Positions 1-9,449 of a stretch of 64,000 bases of DNA are shown in pieces. Each line of letters begins with the position of its first letter. Positions within the stretch are counted from its first letter, which is position 1. This DNA is from an uncultured Saprospiraceae bacterium (GTDB taxonomy: Bacteria; Bacteroidota; Bacteroidia; Chitinophagales; Saprospiraceae), in assembly GCA_937929835.1 (NCBI GenBank), contig CALFUU010000035.1:10940-74939 (forward strand), read 5' to 3'. The position numbers and the translations under genes were made by a program. Below the pieces are notes generated by a model that was not told the DNA's origin, did no database searches, and saw only the letters and a program-made list of their open reading frames with translations.

Positions 1-1278
1 AACTGGGAAGATTACTGGAAGTCGGAGGATAGTGCTCTTATCCATTTCATAGGAAAAGATAACATCGTGTTCCACTGTCTCATCTTCCCTTCTATCCTCA
101 AAGCCCACGAAGGCTATGTATTGCCCTATAATGTTCCTGCTAATCAGTTTATGAATCTGGAGGGGGATAAGATCTCTACTTCTAGAAACTGGGCCATCTG
201 GGTACACGAGTACCTAGAAGACATGCCGGACAAACAAGATGAATTGCGTTATGCATTGGCCAAGAATATGCCTGAGCTCAAGGATAGCGAATTCACTTGG
301 AAGGGATTTCAGGATGCCAACAATAACGAACTGGTTAATAACCTCGCCAACTTCATCAATCGAGTAGTTGTCCTGACTAATAAATATTACGACGGTGCGG
401 TACCTGACTTTGACGAAGACACGAGCTTTATCGGTCCTGAAGGCGAAGAAAGTTTGCCTGCTTTCCACGATAGTGAACTCGTCAGACTCAATGATAATCT
501 ACTCGATTATCGACAACAGATGTGCAAGTTTGACTTTAGAGGAGGGCTCAAGACTCTAATGTTGATCTCCTCTCAAGGAAATCAAATACTCCAGGCCAAT
601 GAGCCTTGGAAACTCATCAAAGAAGACGAAGAAGCTGTCAAGCCGATAATGAACTTAATGTTACAATATCTGAAGGTGCTGGCGGTAGGTATGAGACCAT
701 TTCTACCCTTCTCGGCAGATAAGATGATGACGCTACTCAATCTACCCGCTATAACTGAGGAAGGCGAGCTCAATGCCATAGGCGAATCGCTCTGCGAGGG
801 AGAGTTGATAGTGCCTGTTGCTCATAAGATCGGTACACCCTCACATCTGTTTTCGCGTATAGACGATGAGGTCATCAAGGCCCAAGTCGAGAAACTCGAA
901 GCTACTAAGGTCGCCTCCACCCCATCCGCTACTCCTGCAGCCCCACTAAAGTCAACAGTACAGTTTGATGACTTTATGAAAATGGACTTGCGTGCTGCAA
1001 CAATCATAGAAGCCAAAAAAGTCAAAAAAGCAGACAAGCTCTTAGAACTTACTCTAGATGTAGGTTTTGAAAAGAGAACAGTGGTCTCAGGTATAGCACA
1101 GCATTTCTCGCCAGAAGAGGCTCTGGGGCAACAAGTGACTTTATTGGCCAATCTTGCTCCACGAAAAATAAGAGGGGTCGAATCTCAAGGCATGATCTTG
1201 ATGGCAGAAAATGGTGATGGTAGTCTGAAGTTTATCCAACCCACTGAAGGCACTGAGAACGGTAGCTCGATTAGCTAA
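1..1278 (+). CDS. metG: methionyl-tRNA synthetase, C-terminal part (5' end lies outside the window)
   Basis: Frame 1 is open from nt 1 (NWEDYWKSEDSALIHFIGKDNIVFHCLIFP...), so the GTG at 67 is internal. The C-terminal Trbp111/EMAP-like tRNA-binding domain is present (DLRAATIIEAKKV...GVESQGMILMAE). Confidence 0.95.
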   Translation, partial: NWEDYWKSEDSALIHFIGKDNIVFHCLIFPSILKAHEGYVLPYNVPANQFMNLEGDKISTSRNWAIWVHEYLEDMPDKQDELRYALAKNMPELKDSEFTWKGFQDANNNELVNNLANFINRVVVLTNKYYDGAVPDFDEDTSFIGPEGEESLPAFHDSELVRLNDNLLDYRQQMCKFDFRGGLKTLMLISSQGNQILQANEPWKLIKEDEEAVKPIMNLMLQYLKVLAVGMRPFLPFSADKMMTLLNLPAITEEGELNAIGESLCEGELIVPVAHKIGTPSHLFSRIDDEVIKAQVEKLEATKVASTPSATPAAPLKSTVQFDDFMKMDLRAATIIEAKKVKKADKLLELTLDVGFEKRTVVSGIAQHFSPEEALGQQVTLLANLAPRKIRGVESQGMILMAENGDGSLKFIQPTEGTENGSSIS

Positions 1279-1290
1279 CGATCTAGAAGC

Positions 1291-1989
1291 CTACTTTCTT
1301 AAGAATTGGTAGCCCCCTTTCTTTGCACCCCACACTTGGACTTTATCCGTATTGAAGCCTTGCTCCCAACTCATAATACGGCCTTTCCGCACTTTCAGTA
1401 TGGTAGAAGCATAGCTGGCACCATTATCAGAATTAATACAATGATCCATTCTTGTAGATCCAGAATATGATCCGTCGGCATGTTGGATGACATACAGCGT
1501 ACAACCTTCTTCTTCATCTAGGATAGAAAGGTCAAATTGATCAAAATAAGCTGGACTCTTCCATTTACCGACAACAGTATCAGAATTAGTCAACTTGTAT
1601 CTTTTGATCTCAAAACCACCATCGTTGTCTTTGAGCAGCTCATATATCTGCTGCTTTAGGGGTGTGGATTCTTGACCCTCTATAGCTTGTTCCACATAGA
1701 GATACTTAGAAGAGCGGGAGGACCAGATAGGCACGGTATGAAGTAAGATATTCTGAAACGTCGAATCTGCCGCCATCACATTTTCAGAAATAAAGGAGCC
1801 CGTCATATCTGAGACTAAGCCTGTCAAGTTGGTTGACTTCGTAATATTGTCCAAAACCGATCCTTTGCTCTTTGTTTTGGTAACGCTTACATTGTCTCCA
1901 GATCTAGTTTTAGAACTTGTCTTACATCCAGAACCAAGCAGTAATAGACCTAAAAATAGAGAAGTAATGAGGCTGTATGGCAGTTTCAT
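1291..1989 (-). CDS. CpcT/CpeT (chromophore-lyase family)-like lipoprotein
   Basis: It has a signal peptide plus a lipobox (LLLLGSGC). The core resembles the CpcT/CpeT beta-barrel family: YVEQA..., GCTLYV..., and C-terminal SWEQGFNTDKVQVWGAKKGGYQF. It converges on metG with a 12-nt gap. Confidence 0.55.
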   Translation of the reverse strand: MKLPYSLITSLFLGLLLLGSGCKTSSKTRSGDNVSVTKTKSKGSVLDNITKSTNLTGLVSDMTGSFISENVMAADSTFQNILLHTVPIWSSRSSKYLYVEQAIEGQESTPLKQQIYELLKDNDGGFEIKRYKLTNSDTVVGKWKSPAYFDQFDLSILDEEEGCTLYVIQHADGSYSGSTRMDHCINSDNGASYASTILKVRKGRIMSWEQGFNTDKVQVWGAKKGGYQFLRK

Positions 1990-2170
1990 TGATGAAATTA
2001 GAGAAGTGATTAATAAAGGCTATTGAGCAAGAATCAAAGGTATTATTTCAAGTCAATCTTGAGTTATGACAGCACAATTTATTAGACGAAACTATAGACA
2101 AATAGGTTCATCAAGACACAAAGCTTGCCTTGAGTAATCCATAGTAAACGGTATATTTGACTATCTGCCT

Positions 2171-3337
2171 ATGTTACAGACACGCTTCATTTGCTTATTC
2201 TTGTTGACATTCATAGTTGTTGGTAGCCTACCTGCACAGCTATCAGATACCTCTGAAATCTCACTTTTGACGTGCAGGAGGGGGGATGATATTTATAATA
2301 TGTACGGCCATACGGCCATACGTATCACGGACCCGGCAGTCAGGATGGATCAGGTCTATAATTACGGTGTTTTTAGTTTTAGCGAGCCAGGCTTCTTGAT
2401 GAAATTTCTCAGAGGCAAGCTACTCTACAGATTAGAAAAGAGTTCTTATACACGTTTTACCAGAAATTATATTCCTAGTGATCGGTATGGTGTGGCTAAG
2501 GGAAGATCCATCATTGCTCAGACCTTAAATCTTACAACAGCAGAAAAGAATAAGATATATCAAGCTCTAGAGACCAATTGCCTACCCGCTAACAAGTCCT
2601 ATTACTACGATTTCTTCTTCGATAATTGCTCTACGAGATGTAGAGACTTGTTTAGAAATGAATTATCAGGGATATCTTATCCTTCTGGATCTGAGCACCC
2701 ACACACATTTAGAACTTTGCTCGATGTATATACAGAGGTGTGGCCTTTTACCGATTTGGGACAAGATCTCATCGTTGGGTCTGTTGCCGATCAGATTGCT
2801 GGGGTCGAGGGAGAAATGTTCTTACCCGAATTTCTACAATCCGTACTAGATCGTACCACACTGAATCACCAGCCCTTTGTCAAGGAGACCAAATTGCTGC
2901 TCGATTACGAAGACTTAGAGACAATCCGAGGAGAGAAGCCTTGGCCGTGGCCTATCATCATTTTTAGTTTCTTATTGATCCTAGAATTTTTGCGATTTAT
3001 ACAAAGGGAACGCTGGTCTGAGTACAAATGGTGGCACAGCCTAGATAGCCTATGGTATCTCATCTTAGGTATTGGCGGATTGATTATTGTGTTTATGTGG
3101 TTTGGCACGGATCACTTGGCGACTAAAGAGAACCTCAACCTCCTATGGATGAGTCCAATTTTTATGATATATGCCTTTAATAGATCGCGCTCACTTGGAT
3201 ACTTACTGGCTAGTATGATGATAGCAGCGGTACTGCTTTCCCCTATGATCCAGAGCTTGCATCCCGTAGTATTGATGATAATCGGTATTACCCTACTCAA
3301 AATCTGTCGTCATTCCTTGGTTGCTAGAAAAACCTAA
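2171..3337 (+). CDS. DUF4105 domain membrane protein
   Basis: The N-terminal signal is followed by the characteristic ISLLTCRRGDDIYNMYGHTAIRI...VYNYGVFSF...FLRGKLLY block. The C-terminal third has 4-5 hydrophobic helices. Confidence 0.7.
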   Translation: MLQTRFICLFLLTFIVVGSLPAQLSDTSEISLLTCRRGDDIYNMYGHTAIRITDPAVRMDQVYNYGVFSFSEPGFLMKFLRGKLLYRLEKSSYTRFTRNYIPSDRYGVAKGRSIIAQTLNLTTAEKNKIYQALETNCLPANKSYYYDFFFDNCSTRCRDLFRNELSGISYPSGSEHPHTFRTLLDVYTEVWPFTDLGQDLIVGSVADQIAGVEGEMFLPEFLQSVLDRTTLNHQPFVKETKLLLDYEDLETIRGEKPWPWPIIIFSFLLILEFLRFIQRERWSEYKWWHSLDSLWYLILGIGGLIIVFMWFGTDHLATKENLNLLWMSPIFMIYAFNRSRSLGYLLASMMIAAVLLSPMIQSLHPVVLMIIGITLLKICRHSLVARKT

Positions 3338-3478
3338 AAAGTCTGATTGCAACCCCAAAGGCTGACTTTTTGACAAAAAAGAAGCCCATCGACACCACAA
3401 TTGACAGTTATTTGTTGTTATGATACCAATGGTATCAATATTGACATACTATAGCTGAAGTAAAGACAAAGAAGAGAT

Positions 3479-5893
3479 ATGTTTAAAAACCTGATAGTAC
3501 CTGCACACGCAGATGATATAAAAGACGCTGAGATCCTTCCTTTCTTCTCTATAGCAGAGGACGAAGAAAATGACAAGCACGCTGAGAGTTATCCCGATGA
3601 GATCCCTATCCTGGCACTAAAAAATACAGTGCTCTTTCCAGGGGTTGTCATTCCGATCACTGTTGGTCGAGCTAAGTCAGTAAAAGCTGTCAAGGAGGCG
3701 CATACCTCAAATAAACTTATCGCCGTATTCTCTCAAAAGGTAACAGAAACAAAGGACCCGTCAGCGGATGATTTGTTCCAAACGGGTACCATAGCAAGGA
3801 TTATAAAAGTGCTGACGATGCCCGATGGTAACAGCACAGCTATACTCAAAGGTGTCAAAAGGGGAAAGCTTATAGAGCTGTCTCAAGAAGAACCGTATCT
3901 GAAAGGTGTGATCGCCCAGTTTCCCGAAAACTCCTCAGAGGACGTCAAGTTCAAAGCCAGAATCAGCAGTATCAAAGACTTAGCTAAAAAGATTATAGAG
4001 TTATCTCCGCAAATCCCCAACGAGGCCAGTTTGATGCTGGCCAATATCAATAAGGATGCGCACTTGCTCAACTTTATATGTTCTAATCTCAACATCTCTA
4101 CTCCAGAAAAACAAAAGCTATTGGAAATGGAGGACGTGGTCGAAAAAGCCAAAGTTGTCCACAAAAAAATAGACGAAGAGATGCAGATGGTCGAAGTGAA
4201 GGGACAGATAGAGTCTAAGGTCAGAGGAGACATAGAAAGACAACAGAGAGATTACTTCCTCAATCAGCAGCTCAAAACCATCCAGGACGAGCTAGGTGAC
4301 AATCCCGCTAAAGAAGCCATCCTCGAGTTAGAGACAAGAGCAAAGGATATGAAGTGGCCAGAGCCCGCTGCGGCACATTTCCAAAAGCAACTGGCCAAAG
4401 CCAAGAGAATCAACCCTCAAGTCGCTGAATACTCCGTCACCATCAATTACTTAGAGCTGATGCTTGATCTCCCTTGGGAGACTTATACGGATGATAACTT
4501 TAATCTTAAGGATGTCATTAAGGTTCTAGACGATGATCATTACGGTCTAGAGGATGTCAAAGAAAGGATAATGGAGCATCTGGCAGTACTTAAGCTCAAA
4601 GGGGATATGAAGGCACCTATCCTCTTGCTGGTCGGACCTCCAGGTGTAGGAAAGACGAGCCTAGGTAAGTCCATAGCCCGAGCACTCAATAGGAAGTTTA
4701 TCAGAATGTCCCTCGGAGGTCTCCACGACGAAAGTGAGATTAGAGGCCACCGAAAAACCTATATCGGTGCCATGCCTGGAAGAATCTTGCAGTCTATAAA
4801 GAAAGCAGGCTCCTCCAATCCAGTATTCATCCTAGATGAAATCGATAAAGTGGGCAAAGACTTTAGAGGCGACCCTTCTTCTGCTTTGTTAGAAGTCCTC
4901 GACCCTGAACAGAATACCTCCTTCTATGACAACTACTTGGAGCTAGATTATGACCTTTCTAAAGTCATGTTCATTGCTACTGCCAACTCCCTTAATACTA
5001 TCCAAACGGCTCTACTCGATAGAATGGAAATCATTCAAGTAAGCGGCTATTCGGAGGAAGAAAAGGCTGAGATAGCTAAGAAGCACTTGATACCGAAGCA
5101 GATAAAAGAGCATGGGCTCAAGAACAGTGACGTCAAAATTTCTAAAGCGACACTTGCCGCGCTGATAGGTTCGTACACAAGAGAGTCAGGCGTCAGATCT
5201 CTGGATAGAGTTATCGCTGGTGTTATGAGAAATATCGCCAAGAAAAAAGCGATGGAAGAGACCTATGACAAGTCCATCAAGGAAGAGGCCCTATTCGACA
5301 TCCTAGGACCAAGCAAATACGACAGAAAAAAAATCACGAAAGTCAACAAACCTGGTGTGGCTATAGGCTTAGCGTGGACACAAGTAGGTGGCGACATCTT
5401 GTATATAGAGGTGAGCTTGAGCAAAGGAAAGGGTAAGTTATCTCTAACTGGAAACCTAGGAGATGTAATGAAAGAGTCTGCAACGACAGCACTCAGTTAT
5501 CTGAAATCCCATGGCGCTGAGCTGGGCATAGAAGCGGAGCGCTTTGAGCAAACAGACGTACATATACACGTGCCTCAAGGAGCTATACCTAAGGATGGAC
5601 CGAGTGCAGGGATAACGATGCTATCAGCCTTGACCTCTGCATTTCTCGGTAAGAAAATGAAGTCAGGCATTGCTATGACTGGAGAGATCACCTTGCGTGG
5701 ACAAGTCTTACCTGTAGGTGGGATAAAAGAAAAAATACTCGCAGCTAAGCGTGTGGGGATCAATCACATTATACTGTGCAAGGCTAATGAGAAGGACATA
5801 TTGAAGATCAATGAGGACTTTATCAAAGGTCTAGACTTTACCTATGTCGATCAGATGGAAGAGGTCCTTGCGGCTGCTCTAGGTATTAGCTAA
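3479..5893 (+). CDS. lon: ATP-dependent Lon protease
   Basis: 804 aa with a LonA N-domain, Walker A GPPGVGKTS, Walker B ILDEIDK, and protease Ser motif PKDGPSAGITM. Confidence 0.97.
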   Translation: MFKNLIVPAHADDIKDAEILPFFSIAEDEENDKHAESYPDEIPILALKNTVLFPGVVIPITVGRAKSVKAVKEAHTSNKLIAVFSQKVTETKDPSADDLFQTGTIARIIKVLTMPDGNSTAILKGVKRGKLIELSQEEPYLKGVIAQFPENSSEDVKFKARISSIKDLAKKIIELSPQIPNEASLMLANINKDAHLLNFICSNLNISTPEKQKLLEMEDVVEKAKVVHKKIDEEMQMVEVKGQIESKVRGDIERQQRDYFLNQQLKTIQDELGDNPAKEAILELETRAKDMKWPEPAAAHFQKQLAKAKRINPQVAEYSVTINYLELMLDLPWETYTDDNFNLKDVIKVLDDDHYGLEDVKERIMEHLAVLKLKGDMKAPILLLVGPPGVGKTSLGKSIARALNRKFIRMSLGGLHDESEIRGHRKTYIGAMPGRILQSIKKAGSSNPVFILDEIDKVGKDFRGDPSSALLEVLDPEQNTSFYDNYLELDYDLSKVMFIATANSLNTIQTALLDRMEIIQVSGYSEEEKAEIAKKHLIPKQIKEHGLKNSDVKISKATLAALIGSYTRESGVRSLDRVIAGVMRNIAKKKAMEETYDKSIKEEALFDILGPSKYDRKKITKVNKPGVAIGLAWTQVGGDILYIEVSLSKGKGKLSLTGNLGDVMKESATTALSYLKSHGAELGIEAERFEQTDVHIHVPQGAIPKDGPSAGITMLSALTSAFLGKKMKSGIAMTGEITLRGQVLPVGGIKEKILAAKRVGINHIILCKANEKDILKINEDFIKGLDFTYVDQMEEVLAAALGIS

Positions 5894-5907
5894 TATCGAA
5901 GGCGGTT

Positions 5908-5931
5908 AAAAAGTCGTTAAAGACTCTTTTT
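5908..5931 (+). terminator. weak candidate intrinsic terminator after lon
   Basis: AAAAAGTC-gttaaa-GACTCTTT forms an 8-bp A/T-rich stem with 1 mismatch, followed by a T run. It lies 15 nt after the lon stop. Confidence 0.3.
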
Positions 5932-5970
5932 AGCGTTGAAGATTTATCATTTTTAGTGTTAACATTAATT

Positions 5971-6627
5971 ATGAAACAGATATTACTGCTAATTCTACTA
6001 CTCTGCCTGAGCTCTGTAGCTAAAGGACAAGACCATCCTGATGAAAAGAGACAGGTGATTCAGTTTAGCGGTGTCGTCGTCACTCAAGATGAATTTGGAG
6101 AAATGATACCCTTGCCTTATACCAGCATAGGTATTAAGAATTCAGCACGCGGGACCTACTCAGAGATAGATGGGTTCTTTTCCTTGGTCGCAGAAGTCGG
6201 TGATACATTGATATTTTCCAGAATTGGGTTCAAAACCAGTGAACATACCGTCTCCGACTCCCTAGAATCAAAGTTTTACTCTTGGTATCAAGTGATGTCT
6301 AAAGATAATATCCTTCTTCCTGAGGCGGTGATCTATCCTTGGCCTGATAGAGACCATTATAAAATCGAATTTCTAGCTCTTGATGTTTCTAATGAATTAA
6401 GAGAAAGAGCGGAAGCCAACCTAGCAGCGGAAGTACTGGAAAGAATGAAGTATGAGGTAGCTTTGGATGGAGAAAATGCACACGAGATCGAGCAAGCCAA
6501 GCAGCAGTACGAATATCAATATTCAGGTCAATTTAAGCCCCAGAAAATCTTTGATGTGGTGGCTTGGTCACAGTTTATACAGGCCTGGAAAAGAGGGGAT
6601 TTTAAGCGGAAAAAGAAGAAAAAATAA
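5971..6627 (+). CDS. exported carboxypeptidase-regulatory-like (CarboxypepD_reg) domain protein
   Basis: I prefer the ATG at 5971 (MKQILLLILLLCLSSVAKGQ signal) over the GTG at 5956. The pattern IQFSGVVVT...GTYSEIDGFFSLVAEVGDTLIFSRIGFKT is typical of the domain. The protein ends in a lysine-rich tail. Confidence 0.5.
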   Translation: MKQILLLILLLCLSSVAKGQDHPDEKRQVIQFSGVVVTQDEFGEMIPLPYTSIGIKNSARGTYSEIDGFFSLVAEVGDTLIFSRIGFKTSEHTVSDSLESKFYSWYQVMSKDNILLPEAVIYPWPDRDHYKIEFLALDVSNELRERAEANLAAEVLERMKYEVALDGENAHEIEQAKQQYEYQYSGQFKPQKIFDVVAWSQFIQAWKRGDFKRKKKKK

Positions 6628-6743
6628 TTAAGCTACAAATCTGCTGCCCAGTATTATCTCAGTTTTTTTGGGAATTAACACATATCTGTGCGGCAATGTG
6701 ATTTAGGTAATGTATCTTCGGAGTAACCCCTAAATTATTAATT

Positions 6744-7106
6744 ATGCCAATTAAATGTCTTGAGTGTAAGACTGAGCTATTTGGTAGAGCTGACAAGAAA
6801 TACTGCTCTGACTATTGCCGCTCTGCTTACCACAACAAAAACAATTCTGACTCCAACAACTTTATGAGAAACATCAACAATATTCTGCGTAAAAACAGAA
6901 GAATTTTGATGCAATTTAACCCAGGAGAAAAGTCAAAAAAAGTAGCCAAAGTGGACTTGCTTGATGAAGGATTTAAGTTCAGTTATTATACCAACGAGTA
7001 TATCACCAAAGCAGGTAAAGTCTACCATTTCTGTTATGAATATGGTTATCTAGACCTTGGTGATGGGAAGTATGCTATAGTGAAAAGGAAAGAATACGTG
7101 GAATAA
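6744..7106 (+). CDS. small zinc-ribbon protein, function unknown
   Basis: The N-terminus has a CxxC...CxxxC arrangement (CLECKTELFGRADKKYCSDYC). Composition is coding-like and there is no signal peptide. Confidence 0.5.
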   Translation: MPIKCLECKTELFGRADKKYCSDYCRSAYHNKNNSDSNNFMRNINNILRKNRRILMQFNPGEKSKKVAKVDLLDEGFKFSYYTNEYITKAGKVYHFCYEYGYLDLGDGKYAIVKRKEYVE

Positions 7107-7125
7107 CACATCAAATAAAATTGTA

Positions 7126-7686
7126 ATGTATAAGAATCTGGTTAAGATTGCTTTAGCTACGTGCCTCTTCTGTAGTTGTCATAATGAAAATGGAGTTGTT
7201 CAAAAGGTTTCTAATCAAGATCTGAAAACCCAGACGCTAGAATTGCCCGTAAAAGCCAAAGACCATGCGCACCTTAACACCTCAGGTCTCCTATGGAAAG
7301 AGCTATCAGACTACATAAATGAGAGGCCTTCAGGCAGCAAAATGATTCTTTTAGATATCTATACACAGTGGTGTGGTTATTGTAAACTGATGGATAAGAA
7401 GACATTTTCGGACCAAGCCACGCAAAAACTCCTCAGCGATAACTTCGAATTAATCAAGTTTGATGCTGAAAGTAAGGATAGTATTGATTTCAAAGGAAAG
7501 AGATACGGCTGGAGATCAGATGGTAAAAAAGGAATACACGAATTGGCCGCAGAATTAATGGACGGCAAGCTTTCCTATCCGACACTGATATTTATGGACA
7601 AAGACCTCAAAACTATCAGAGTATCAAGAGGTTATAAGAATCCTTCTGCGCTGACACAAGAGGCAGAAATGGCGCTGAGAATTTAA
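7126..7686 (+). CDS. thioredoxin-fold lipoprotein (DUF255/thioredoxin_7-like)
   Basis: It has a lipoprotein signal (LATCLFCSC) and the thioredoxin motif ILLDIYTQWCGYCKLMDKKTF. Confidence 0.65.
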   Translation: MYKNLVKIALATCLFCSCHNENGVVQKVSNQDLKTQTLELPVKAKDHAHLNTSGLLWKELSDYINERPSGSKMILLDIYTQWCGYCKLMDKKTFSDQATQKLLSDNFELIKFDAESKDSIDFKGKRYGWRSDGKKGIHELAAELMDGKLSYPTLIFMDKDLKTIRVSRGYKNPSALTQEAEMALRI

Positions 7687-7727
7687 ATTATTTACTATAT
7701 TAGTCGAAGAACTCGAAAACACTCATT

Positions 7728-8285
7728 ATGCTTAGATTTTTGCTTATTTCAACTGCACTTTTCCTTTCATTTACATTGCTGGGACAAGATCAAGCACATC
7801 CTGTATTTGTATCCACAGCAAATCTTGAATTAATAGAAAAGGAATCTGCTGAATTTTCTCGATACACTGCTGACCTCAAAACGGCACAGTCCAAAGGAGA
7901 TAATCAAGCAATTAGAGAAGCCCAAGGACAACTGAATAAACTACTCGAAAAAGTTGTTTTCAGAAGCCAATTTGTGGATCCGCAATTAGCTATACATATG
8001 GATCTAGACCAAATCAGAAAGCTCAAGCAAGAGTGGGTTGATGGAGTCGGCTTCAAGTATTACATCAATTTAAAGAGGTTTAGAAATACGCCTGGATTAA
8101 CAGAAATTCAGATGACACCTGAGCAGTATCAAGCATATCTTACAAATATGGATGAACTGAAAGCCTTAAAAGCCTCATTTGCTTCTACTGATCAGAAAAA
8201 TGCTGAAGATAGACTAGCGTTTACGAATAGTCTTATCAAAGCCAATGAGCTAGTGAATACCAGAACTAACTTACTCTTACAATAA
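7728..8285 (+). CDS. secreted hypothetical protein
   Basis: It has a signal peptide (MLRFLLISTALFLSFTLLGQ) and a helical, coding-like composition. I recognised no motif. Confidence 0.45.
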   Translation: MLRFLLISTALFLSFTLLGQDQAHPVFVSTANLELIEKESAEFSRYTADLKTAQSKGDNQAIREAQGQLNKLLEKVVFRSQFVDPQLAIHMDLDQIRKLKQEWVDGVGFKYYINLKRFRNTPGLTEIQMTPEQYQAYLTNMDELKALKASFASTDQKNAEDRLAFTNSLIKANELVNTRTNLLLQ

Positions 8286-8338
8286 TTTTATAATACATAA
8301 GGTCTTGATCAACAGAGACCTACATCTGAACACTATAT

Positions 8339-8731
8339 ATGTCTTTCGAAACAGAGGGTGTACTTCACAAAGTATTTGATACAGAGAATAAGACAGATAC
8401 CTTTCAAACAAGGGAATTCGTCATTAAGCACGAGGGCAATTATCCTCAGTTTATCAAATTCCAATTGACACAAGATCGTTGTGATCTAATCAGCAACTTC
8501 AAAGAAGGTGATAATCTCAAAGTCTCTTTTGATCTAAGAGGAAGGGAGTGGAATGAAAGGTATTTTACAAATCTTAATGCTTGGCGTATAGAAGGTGCTG
8601 CTGTAGAAAAGAAAGCAGAAGTAGCTGCCTCTGGTCCACCATCGAACTTTGACCCTATAGATGCTCCGACTGTGAGCAGTGCTGATGGTGAAAAACTATC
8701 TGCCGAAGATTTTGAAGACCTACCATTTTAA
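8339..8731 (+). CDS. DUF3127-family OB-like protein with SSB-style C-terminal tail
   Basis: The N-terminal roughly 85 aa match the DUF3127 pattern (GVLHKVFDTE...TFQTREFVIK...FDLRGREWNERYFTNLNAWRIE). A roughly 35-aa low-complexity linker follows, and the protein ends in an acidic tip, EDFEDLPF. Confidence 0.6.
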   Translation: MSFETEGVLHKVFDTENKTDTFQTREFVIKHEGNYPQFIKFQLTQDRCDLISNFKEGDNLKVSFDLRGREWNERYFTNLNAWRIEGAAVEKKAEVAASGPPSNFDPIDAPTVSSADGEKLSAEDFEDLPF

Positions 8732-8799
8732 GTAAGTCGTCCTTCGTTCATCTATTAAGATGGATCACTAATTAAGTAAGTATTTTCTTGATACAGGGC

Positions 8800-8836
8800 A
8801 AAAAAATAAGCCTCACACATCGGTATGCATGAGGCT
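8800..8836 (-). terminator. intrinsic terminator downstream of bcp
   Basis: On the minus strand the sequence reads AGCCTCA(TGCA-taccga-TGTG)TGAGGCT followed by TATTTTTTT. It lies 22 nt after the bcp stop. Confidence 0.55.
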
Positions 8837-8857
8837 CAATAATATAATTCTTTGATT

Positions 8858-9325
8858 TTATGCTTTTTGAGAGATAGCTTCTAGTAGTTGTTCGCCGTGT
8901 ATTTTGGTGACAACTTTATCTATAATATCCATAACATTGCCCTCTTCATCAACGATGACGGTGGTTCTGTAGACCCCTTCTATCTCGCGTCCCATAAATT
9001 TCTTAGGTCCCCACAGGCCAAAATCGTTTATCATTTTCTTATCAGGATCCGCGAGAAGGGAATATTGAAATTCATACTTATCTATAAATTTCTGATGTTT
9101 CTTGGGCTTATCTGGGCTGACCCCAAAAACCTCGAAGCCTGCTTTGCTGATATTTCTATAATTATCCCTGATACTACAAGCTTCTTTTGTACAGCCTGGA
9201 GAGTCATCTTTGGGATAAAAGAATAGGATATATTTCTTTCCTAGTAAACTAGCCGAAGAGACAGATTGCTCTTTTTGGTCAAGTAATTCGAAGGCGGGAA
9301 CTGGTTTGCCTATTGCAATTTTCAT
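8858..9325 (-). CDS. bcp: thioredoxin-dependent thiol peroxidase (Bcp-type peroxiredoxin)
   Basis: 155 aa with FFYPKDDSPGCTKEAC, the peroxidatic Cys context of Bcp/PrxQ. Confidence 0.9.
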   Translation of the reverse strand: MKIAIGKPVPAFELLDQKEQSVSSASLLGKKYILFFYPKDDSPGCTKEACSIRDNYRNISKAGFEVFGVSPDKPKKHQKFIDKYEFQYSLLADPDKKMINDFGLWGPKKFMGREIEGVYRTTVIVDEEGNVMDIIDKVVTKIHGEQLLEAISQKA

Positions 9326-9449
9326 AGCGTTGTATTGTCATATTAAAACGATTAACTGACAATATTGTTCAACTTATGACCTAAATAATTAAACAAAATG
9401 GAGGTAAATACAAACAAACAACTCATCCACTAAGGCCCTCTCAGCCCTA

